From assembly GCA_963714275.1 (NCBI GenBank), contig CAVQNT010000001.1, forward strand, positions 98,098 through 162,097: a stretch of DNA of 64,000 nt. The letters are read 5' to 3'. Each line of letters begins with the position of its first letter. Within the stretch, counting starts at the first letter, position 1. The notes below the pieces were generated by a model that worked only from the letters and a program-made list of their open reading frames with translations, did no database searches and had not been told where the DNA came from. Source of the stretch: Candidatus Bathyarchaeota archaeon. GTDB lineage: Archaea > Thermoproteota > Bathyarchaeia > Bathyarchaeales > DTEX01. Position numbers and translations under genes: made by a program. Positions 55,777 through 64,000 of the stretch are shown in pieces.

Positions 55777-56818
55777 CTACAGTGCTATTTGGATTTTCAT
55801 GGGGTTTCCGGTTTTGTTGATGTTGGCTTCAAATGCTTCCTTAATTTGTTTAATCGGGAAAACATGTGTAACATATGGTTTCACGATGGCTATGCCTGAG
55901 GATACAGACTTTTATCGCCGCGGGATACACGTTTGCATAACGATGTATGCCTTGGATTCTGAGTTCTCTGGAAATGATCTTGGTGAGAGGCATCTGAACA
56001 TCTCTTGATGGATAGCCGACAAGCACAATTATACCTCCAGGTTTCACAATGTCAATGGCTTGTTGGATTGCTGATGTTGCGCCTGAAGCCTCAATTACGA
56101 CATCGACGCCTTTGCTGTCTGTAAGCTCCACGATTTTTTCAACCATATCTTCTTCAGCTGAGTTGATGACTCCCTTTGCCCCATACTTCTTTGCGTACTC
56201 GAGCCTATAATCGATGATGTCGGTCACAAACGTTTCATGGGCACCATAGGTTTTTGAGGCTTGAAGTGCCATCTGCCCGATTGGTCCTGCGCCTATTACT
56301 GCTACAATATCGTGAACTGTAACCTTGCCCATTTTGGCAGCCATCATGCCAACTGCTAAGGGCTCAATCATAGCACCCTCTTCATATGACATTTCGTCTG
56401 GCATAACGTAAACATTCTGTTCAGGCGCAGAGACATATTCAGCAAAAGTTCCATCGTAAGGTGGAGTACCATAGAATTTGACCTCGCCGCATAAGTTGTA
56501 CCTTCCCTTTCTACAATATTCGCATTTTCCACATGTGAAACCGGGTTCAATAACTACTCTTTGTCCAATCTTGAGATTTTTGACTTTGTTACCTATATTT
56601 GCTATTTCTCCTGCGCATTCATGTCCGAGAATTAACGGTTCCTTAACGATATATGAAGCGACTGAGCCTTCTAAGTAATAATGTACATCGGATCCGCATA
56701 TACCTACTCGCTTCATTTTCACGAGTACTTCATTAGAGCCAATTTGAGGGATGCTTACCTCTTCTACACGTAGATCTAAAGGTTTATGTAATACAACAGC
56801 CTTCATTTTTTCGTTCAC
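55777..56818 (-). CDS. Sorbitol/xylitol (polyol) dehydrogenase, Zn-MDR (frameshift at 55906)
   Basis: GICGSDVHY, LGHE, CGKCEYCRKGRYNLC, TPPYDG, EPLAVG, GAGPIG, HRYANVYP. Confidence 0.92.
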
Positions 56819-56910
56819 GTTATATTTCTCCTTATTAAGATAGTTTCTAATCAGCTTTTCCGTCTCGTAGGATGATTTTTACGGTTAGGTAGTACCTCGA
56901 TCCATACATA

Positions 56911-56965
56911 AGCTAACTAGCTGAGCTTCTGAGCTGGTAGCTGAGCTAGACCGCCAGGAGAAGCT
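56911..56965. promoter_or_regulatory. Dense AGCT cluster in the divergent polyol-DH/glpK intergenic region
   Basis: AGCT at 56911, 56919, 56924, 56932, 56939, 56944 and 56962; function inferred only. Confidence 0.45.
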
Positions 56966-57165
56966 TTCATCTTTCTGAAGTATATGTCTTTGACACTAAT
57001 TGGTTAGATTTAAATAGACTAAAATCCTTTCACATCTGGGCTGATGTGCTCAGTAAGGAGATGAAGAGGATTAAAGCATTATGTCAGAAGCGTATATGCT
57101 CCATTTCAGAGAAGTGGGTTTTTATAAGGTGCGAGAAGATCGAACACGCTCATTGAGGGTCTAAA

Positions 57166-58671
57166 TTGAATGGTGCGAGAGAGTATGTAGCCACGATAGA
57201 TCAGGGTACAACTGGAACAAGAGTTGCAATTATCAATCATGACGGGGTTACAGTCGCGTATGCGTATAAAGAGCATGTGCAGATTTACCCTAAACCCGGA
57301 TGGGTTGAACAAAACCCTATTGAGATATTGGAGAACGTCCGCTCACTGATTAGGCAGGTCCTAGGAACATCAAAAATAAATCCCAGAAAGATTATTGCTT
57401 TAGGCGTCACAAATCAAAGAGAGACCACGATTCTATGGGATAAAAGGACTGGAAATCCCATCTGCAACGCGATTGTCTGGCAGTGCCGAAGAACTGCCTC
57501 TTTGGTAAACCGCTTAAAGGAAGATGGACTAAGCAAAACGATACACGAGAAGACAGGCTTGGTGCCTGATGCTTATTTTTCAGGGACAAAGATTCAATGG
57601 ATTTTAGAAAATGTTCCAGGAGCAAAGCGGAAAGCTGAGAAAGGGGAGATTCTCTTCGGAAATGTTGATACATGGATACTCTGGCAACTCACAGGTGTTC
57701 ACGCGACCGATTACACCAATGCCTCGAGAACCATGCTCTTTAATATTAAACGGCTAGATTGGGACGATGATCTGCTTGAATTCATGGGAGGAATCCCTAG
57801 AGAGATCCTTCCTTCTATAAAGCCATCTGTCAATAAAGAAGTGTTTGGGTTTATTGACAAGGACGAATTTGGTGGGGCAGAGGTTCCCCTAACTGGAGAC
57901 TTAGGAGACCAACAAGCCGCACTTTTTGGTCAAGCTGGTTTTGAGCTAGGAGAGATCAAGACAACTTATGGAACAGGCAACTTCATCCTCATGAATACTG
58001 GACAGAGACCTCTTCTTTCAAAGCATGGGCTTCTCACGACGATAGCTTACGGAATCAACGACATGCCAGTTGTTTACGCTCTTGAGGGAAGTATCTTCAT
58101 TACTGGCGCCGCAGTTCAGTGGTTGAGAGATAACTTAAAAATCATCGATAATGCACAGGAGACCGAGAGGATCGCTGAGACTGTTGAAGACACAAATGGA
58201 GTCTTTTTTGTGCCAGCATTCGTTGGTTTGGGAGCCCCATACTGGAACATGTACGCAAAGGGTTTAATCATCGGCTTAACAAGGGGGACGACAAGAGCCC
58301 ATCTGGTCAGAGCAACATTAGAGTCTGAGTGTTACCAGACAAGAGATGTTATTGAAGTTATGCAGGCTGACTCAGATATGGCGATCAAGTCAATTAAAGT
58401 CGACGGTGGAGGAGCAAGCAATAATTTCACGATGCAATTCCAAGCAGACATCCTTGGCTTACCAGTCATAAGACCGAAAGTGACCGAAACAACCTCGTTG
58501 GGAGCAGCATATGCCGCTGGACTTGCTGTGGGATTCTGGAAAAACTTAGATGAGTTAAAAGAAAAATGGAGAATTGAAAGAATTTTTAAGCCCAAGATGC
58601 AGAAGTCTGAAAGGGAAAAATTATACAGACGCTGGAAACGGGCAATCAAACTGGCGCTGAGATGGCCTTAA
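57166..58671 (+). CDS. glpK: Glycerol kinase
   Basis: IDQGTTGTR, TNQRETT, WQCRRT, YFSGTK, GDQQAALFGQ, TYGTG, ALEGS, VDGG. Confidence 0.97.
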   Translation: MNGAREYVATIDQGTTGTRVAIINHDGVTVAYAYKEHVQIYPKPGWVEQNPIEILENVRSLIRQVLGTSKINPRKIIALGVTNQRETTILWDKRTGNPICNAIVWQCRRTASLVNRLKEDGLSKTIHEKTGLVPDAYFSGTKIQWILENVPGAKRKAEKGEILFGNVDTWILWQLTGVHATDYTNASRTMLFNIKRLDWDDDLLEFMGGIPREILPSIKPSVNKEVFGFIDKDEFGGAEVPLTGDLGDQQAALFGQAGFELGEIKTTYGTGNFILMNTGQRPLLSKHGLLTTIAYGINDMPVVYALEGSIFITGAAVQWLRDNLKIIDNAQETERIAETVEDTNGVFFVPAFVGLGAPYWNMYAKGLIIGLTRGTTRAHLVRATLESECYQTRDVIEVMQADSDMAIKSIKVDGGGASNNFTMQFQADILGLPVIRPKVTETTSLGAAYAAGLAVGFWKNLDELKEKWRIERIFKPKMQKSEREKLYRRWKRAIKLALRWP

Positions 58672-58810
58672 ACGTAGAAAGTGAAACCTAGATGCTCTCC
58701 TATTTAACCAATACACATGTCTATTATAAGTTAGAACCAAGTCTAAACAAAGAACAAAAGACATTATTTGCATGTAAAAGCTTTAATATTGCTCAATTCA
58801 GTGGTTTTTA

Positions 58811-60311
58811 ATGCCCAAGACTGAAAAAGTGGCTATCATAGGCGCAGGGATCATAGGCGCTTGCATAGCCAGAGTACTATCCAAGTATAAGAACTTAGAG
58901 GTTCACCTCATAGAGAAAGAGGTCGATGTCGGTTGGGGATCAAGTAAAGCCAACACAGCGATAATACATGCAGGCTATGATGACGACCCCAAAAAATACC
59001 CTGTTAGAGCTAGGCTATGCATGAAAGGAAACGCCTTATGGAGAGAAAGGTGGTTAAAGAGAGCTAAACATTTCGGCTAATTGGCCAGGAGACCTCGTTA
59101 TTGCGACAGAAGATGACCAAACTAGACTGCTAGAAGAATTGCAGAAAAGAGGTAGAATAAACGGGGTTCCCGACATTAGAATTATTTGGAATAAGAAAGA
59201 GCTGGAGCAAATAGAACCAAACATAACACCTAACGCGATTGCAGCTCTTCACGCTCCCACAGCAGGTCAGTTTAGGCATCCTTCTGAAGTAGTAATTGCT
59301 GTAACCGAGAATGCTGTCGATAACAGCGTCAAACTTCACCTCGCAACTAAGGTGACTGATATCAAAATAAGTCACGGTCATGTTAGGACCGTTAAAACAA
59401 GCATGGGTAGTATTGATGTGGATTGGGTGATTAATGCTGCAGGATTATATGCGGATGCCGTTAGCAATTTGGTCGGTATAGACGGTTTCAGAATCCATCC
59501 GAGAAAGGGAGAATATTTAATCTTCAGTAAGGATGCTTACCCCAAGACAAGAAGAATTTTATTTCCCACGCCATCGCGATGGACCAAGGGCATTGTTGTC
59601 ACTACAACTGTGGACGGGAATCTGATGTTGGGTCCAAACGCTCAGGACTTGCCCAAAGAGGAAAGCGAAGCGACAGACACGACGCCTCAGGGTCTCAATT
59701 TTATATTGAAAGAGGCTATAAAAATTGTGAAGGCGCTTCCCCCAAGAAATAGGGTTATAAGAACTTTCGCTGGGTTGAGGGCTAAACCGGAACCTTCAGC
59801 AGATTTTATGATAAATGCTTATGACGAGGTTGATGGCTTCATTAACGTTGCTGGCATAAGATCGCCGGGTTTTACATCCGCTCCTACAATTGCTTACGAG
59901 ATCGTAGACATAATGAAGGCTAAGGGGGCTAAGTTAATTAAAAAGAAAAAGTGGAATCCATACCGGAAGGCAAGAAAGGCGTTTAGAGAAGCAACGTATC
60001 GAGAGAGGGACAGACTGGCGAAGAATGACCCAACATATACGAAGATAGTTTGTCAATGTGAACTTGTCACCGAAGCCGAGATCATTGAGGCCATAAGAAG
60101 GGGGGCAACAACCCTTGATGGAATCAAGTTTAGGACACAAGCGTTGATGGGTGACTGTCAAGGTGCTTTCTGCGAATTCAAAATTGCGCGGATTCTAGCA
60201 AGAGAATTAGGGATACCGGTGTGGATGGTTACAAAGAACGGCTCAGGATCAGAGATTGGAATAGGAGATATCACCGTTCTCTTTGAAGGAGGAAAGGCGC
60301 AAAACAGATGA
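58811..60311 (+). CDS. glpA: FAD-dependent glycerol-3-phosphate dehydrogenase large subunit with BFD-like [2Fe-2S] domain (frameshift near 59060)
   Basis: GAGIIG, SKANTAIIHAG, INAAG, PRKGEY, GIRSPG, CQCE...GDCQGAFC. Confidence 0.88.
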
Positions 60312-61566
60312 AGAAGCATATCTCAGACATTTTAATCATTGGTGCAGGTGCAGCTGGTTTATCAGCAGCATCCAAAGCAAAAGAACTAGGCGTTGAAAGA
60401 GTTGTTCTCTTAGACGAGAAGGAGGAGCCCGGCGGTGTATTGCCGCAATGCATTCACCCCGGATTTGGGCTTCAATATTTTAAGGAGGATTTGACAGGGC
60501 CAGAGTTCGAGCTACAGACTCTATGATAAAATGAAAACTTTCGCGGTGGAAGTCTACAATTCGGCTTATGCAATGGAGACTATGTATAACAAAAAATAAG
60601 AAAAAACTCAAAGCAGTTTCCTCTGAGGGACTCATCGAGTTCAACTCCAAGACAGTAATCATCACTTCAGGTGCACGGGAGAGACATTCCTTTGAGATTG
60701 GCATTGCTGGATATAGACCTGCTGGTATCTACACCGCTGGTCAAACACAGACAATGATGGACCTTTACGGAGTCATGCCAGGGAAAGAAGTTGTGATAAT
60801 AGGTTCGGGTGATGTGGGGTTAATAATGGCTAGGAGGTTTACTTTACAGGGTGCTGAGGTCAAAGCGGTAGTAGAGATTCTCCCTTACCCTGGAGGCTTG
60901 ATTAGAAATGTTCAACAATGCTTATTGGATTTCGATATACCACTTTACCTTAGTCATAAGGCTATAAGAATATTGGGGAAAAATCGGGTCAAAGGCGTAA
61001 CAATAGTCAAAGTAGATGAGAAACTTTCTGAAATACCTGGAACAGAATTTGAGGTTAAGTGCGACACCGTTATCGTCTCTGCGGGGCTGATTCCAAGGGT
61101 TGAACTTTTGGAGCGAGTTGGCGTTGAAATGGATCCTTCAACAAGAAGTGTCGCTGTGAATGAGTTCTTAGAGACTTCGATTCCAGGAGTTTTCGTCGCT
61201 GGAAACGCATTAGTGATAAATGATCTTGTCGATTACGCAGCAATACAGGGCGAAACAGCTGCAAGAAGCGCTGTCGATTACATCCAAGACAATAGAATTT
61301 CTTCGACTCGTTGGAAGCCTGTTATCAAAGGGAGAAACTTAAGGCTCATTGTTCCACAATACATTAGTGGCCAAAGAGATGTAAGCTTCTATGCAAGAGT
61401 CATGGAGCCCGAAGAACGCGTTTACCTTATAATTCCAGAGATTGAGATGAATTTGTATCAGAAAAAAGTGAGCCCCCCAGAGATGCTTAACTTCATAATC
61501 TCAAAAAGAAAATTCGAGATCCTGCAAGATAATAAGCTCGCAGTATCTATTGAAACGAGGAGATAA
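60308..61566 (+). CDS. NAD(P)/FAD-dependent oxidoreductase subunit of the G3PDH complex (two frameshifts)
   Basis: GAGAAG, GGVLPQCIHPGFG, GARER, GSGDVGLIMARR, RNVQQCL. Confidence 0.88.
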
Positions 61567-61575
61567 AACGAAATC

Positions 61576-61971
61576 ATGGACGAAATTACAGAAAAAATAA
61601 AGACGATCTGCATCATTTGTCCTGTTGGTTGCGAGATGGAAGCAAATATACTAAAAGAAAAGAACGAAGTTCTAGAAATTAAAGGCTTTAGATGTCCCAA
61701 AGGCAGAGATTACGCCGAACGTGAAATCGTTGACCCACGTAGAACTCTTATGACAGTCATCAAAGTTAGAAACGGTCACCTACCAGTAGTCTCAGTAAAG
61801 ACTAGTAAACCAATTCCCAAAAATAGACTATTCGACGCCGTCAAAGCCGTTTCAAAGATCGAGGTTGAAGCGCCTGTAAAGATAGGAGATATAATCATCG
61901 ATGATCTTCTTGGCACTGGAGTATCTGTCATCGCTACGAATAACGTAAAGAAGAATTATAATCGAATCTAG
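61576..61971 (+). CDS. DUF1667 small Fe-S subunit
   Basis: CIICPVGC...RCPKG..YA..E..DP.R, VSVKT..PIPK. Confidence 0.9.
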   Translation: MDEITEKIKTICIICPVGCEMEANILKEKNEVLEIKGFRCPKGRDYAEREIVDPRRTLMTVIKVRNGHLPVVSVKTSKPIPKNRLFDAVKAVSKIEVEAPVKIGDIIIDDLLGTGVSVIATNNVKKNYNRI

Positions 61972-62524
61972 ACTATAATATTAGGGTTTTTCGGAAGGAT
62001 TTGTCATTGCGTTTTAGCTCACTAGTGAATTGAAATTCTACGCCTCGTTACTTAGGTAGAGATGTATACTGTTCCTTTTACGCCTATTGCTTAAGTATAA
62101 TATTATGGATTTTTCATAAAATGGAGAAAAAAGGATGTTGAGTTGTGCATTGGTTCAGCACATTGTTAGACTCTTTGTTACTAGGTTTGCGGATATAGAA
62201 ACATATCCTGCATTAACTGTTGTGTCACGGTTAATCGTTACATCTGAGCTGCTACAGGTCAAAGTGCTATCTGGCTGACTAAAATATAGTTTTCACTTTC
62301 CTTTTTATTTTAAAGATCGTTTAGGCGAGTTTTAGTCTGTTAACACCTCATGGGATGACAAATCTTGAGATGTTTTTTGACACTATTTCTTCGTTGTTTG
62401 GTGTCTTCACGTAAGCTAAGACATTCCTCTGTTTGTAGCCTTGTAAGAAATGAATAGCCATTCACTGATATCCAACTCTGTTGTTTTGTCAAGCAGGTCA
62501 TAGCTTAACTAAAGGCATCCGCAA

Positions 62525-62595
62525 TAATCATTAGCTGACTAATCATGGAAACATAGCCTCCTATCCCCGACCCCAATCACAGCAACATCATATTA
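62525..62595 (-). pseudogene. lpdA: N-terminal remnant of dihydrolipoamide dehydrogenase (E3)
   Basis: YDVAVIG.G.GGYVS..I with indels, directly downstream of E2; no continuing ORF. Confidence 0.6.
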
Positions 62596-62654
62596 AGATG
62601 ATCTAGGCACTTCCCAGCCACTTGAAACGTTCTAGGGATGAATAAACTTATCTT

Positions 62655-63846
62655 TTATTGATTCTCGGATATTTCCTCTTCAAGGATCTGTTTCAACCGT
62701 TGCATAAACCTTGCTCCCGGTGCGCCGTTCACAACCCGATGGTCAAAGGACAAAGTTAGACGCATTGAAGGTCGCGCTTCTACCTTTCCTTCGATTATAA
62801 GAGGCTTCTCGATGATAGCGCCTACTCCCAAAATAGCAGTCTCTGGAGGATTAATTATCGGCACAAAAGTCTCCACACCGTACATGCCTAGATTTGTTAT
62901 CGTGAAGGTTCCGCCCGACAAATCATCATACGATGCCTTACCTGCCCTAGCCCGTTTGATGAGGCTTCTAGATTCCTCAGATATCTCGGTCAAAGATTTC
63001 CTATTTGCTTGGTGAACTACAGGAACCAGTAATCCAAGATTCCCTTCGGCCTCAACTTCAACAGCGATCCCAATGTTTACATCTTCGAAGACCTTTAGTT
63101 GATCATTCTCCAGGGTGGAATTGAGAATTGGGTTCACCCTTAGTGCTACGAGCACAGCCTTAACGAGTATATCCGTGAAAGAGACGCCATCTTTTCCCTT
63201 GGATTTCAACTCCGTGGTCACTCTCTCGCGTCGACTCTGTCATCCTTGAGGCATCAACCTCAATCATGATGGAACAGTGGGCAGCTGTCTTAATGCTTCG
63301 GCTCATGCGTTCAGCAATCGTCTTCTGCATGCCTTTGAAGGGCACGATCTTAACAGCCCTTGTGTCTTTGCGGAGCTCAATCAATCGAAGAACATCTTCC
63401 CTTGTGATTCTACATCCTGGACCAGTTCCACGTATCTGAGTTAAATCTATCCTATACTGCTCTGCAAGGCTCCTAGCCAAGGGAGATGCTCGGATTTTCT
63501 CGGCTTCTTCTTCACGTTTGGGCATTCCAGTGGGCAAAAAGACTTCAGCTCTCTCTTTTCGGACTGCCCTTTCTTCGTTAGCTTTTCCAATATTGGGTAA
63601 TGGTTCGCCCAGTTTTCCGATGAAGGCTATGGGTTCGCCGATTAAGACTTCGCTTTCTTCTGGTGCGCAAATCTTAATTAGAATGCCTGAAGCAGGCGAC
63701 TCAAGCTCGGTGGTTACTTTGTCGGCTTCAATCTCGACAAGAGGTTCATCTTTCTCGACAGGTTCTCCCTCCTTTTTCAACCACTTCACAACCGTACCTT
63801 TCTGCATTGTTAGGCTGTACCTTGGCATTACAACATCAGTTACCAT
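62655..63846 (-). CDS. Dihydrolipoamide acyltransferase E2 of a 2-oxoacid/acetoin dehydrogenase (frameshift near 63230)
   Basis: Lipoyl EADKV, PSBD ASPLAR...GTGPG.RIT..DV, TFTITNLG, DHRVVNGA. Confidence 0.92.
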
Positions 63847-63881
63847 TTTGCCCACCTAAATAACTAGATTTTTTTGAATCT

Positions 63882-64000
63882 TTAGCTTCTTAAAAGGTCT
63901 TCAACGCCTCTTTCAATTGCCTTATCGTCGGGAATTACATAATTCTCAAGGACTGGACTGAACGGTATAGGCGTATCAGGTTCAGCGATGCGTTTGATAG
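63882..64000 (-). CDS. C-terminus of E1 beta subunit (runs off the window)
   Basis: IKRIAEPDTPIPFSPVLENYVIPD...*. Confidence 0.85.
   Translation of the reverse strand, partial: IKRIAEPDTPIPFSPVLENYVIPDDKAIERGVEDLLRS

Noticed and set aside
391-63846. Mass pseudogenisation or programmed frameshifting of about 25 genes
   Set aside because: Breaks cluster at AGCT and homopolymers, hit housekeeping genes and leave catalytic motifs intact; sequencing error is more parsimonious.
183-63859. Numerous antisense or overlapping ORFs in the track (e.g. 13968-14363, 34379-34846, 44077-44331, 63518-63859)
   Set aside because: They are shadows of well-supported genes on the opposite strand or in another frame.

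Overview
Archaeal genomic window, most likely Bathyarchaeia. This is inferred from GGTGA ribosome-binding sites, TATA/BRE promoters, an MscL with a Pro-rich N-terminus, and zinc-ribbon and DUF1508 genes. Bases 1-3.5 kb hold a tusA-dsrE-iscS-iscU-(unannotated TRASH peptide)-nadA sulfur/Fe-S operon. Bases 3.7-18 kb hold mixed genes: matrixin protease, nitrilase, YdjC deacetylase, a DUF6582-SWIM fusion, a membrane-anchored GH5, mscL, vapBC and a mobile-element scar. Bases 18-57 kb form a large carbohydrate-catabolism island: two GH151-like fucosidases, four TIM-barrel isomerase/epimerases, a uronate-isomerase-like enzyme, two atypical transaldolases, duplicated SDR and FG-GAP beta-propeller genes, an Opp/Dpp ABC transporter, NagB, deacetylases and Gfo/Idh/MocA dehydrogenases. 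Bases 57-64 kb hold glpK, a G3P dehydrogenase operon and a 2-oxoacid dehydrogenase operon with a decayed E3. Four observations stand out. (1) Most frameshifts and in-frame stops fall on corrupted AGCT tetramers, which points to AGCT cytosine methylation, and dense AGCT clusters occur in intergenic DNA. (2) Two gene pairs have a near-identical constant segment plus a divergent variable segment (792-bp direct repeat, 752-bp inverted repeat). (3) Cytoplasmic His/Glu-lined FG-GAP propellers sit among redox and TIM-barrel enzymes and may belong to a non-hydrolytic glycoside-cleavage pathway. (4) A GINS B-domain-like module is fused to an extracellular solute-binding protein. No rRNA, intact tRNA, CRISPR array or reverse transcriptase was seen. 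All family calls are by motif recognition, not database search.
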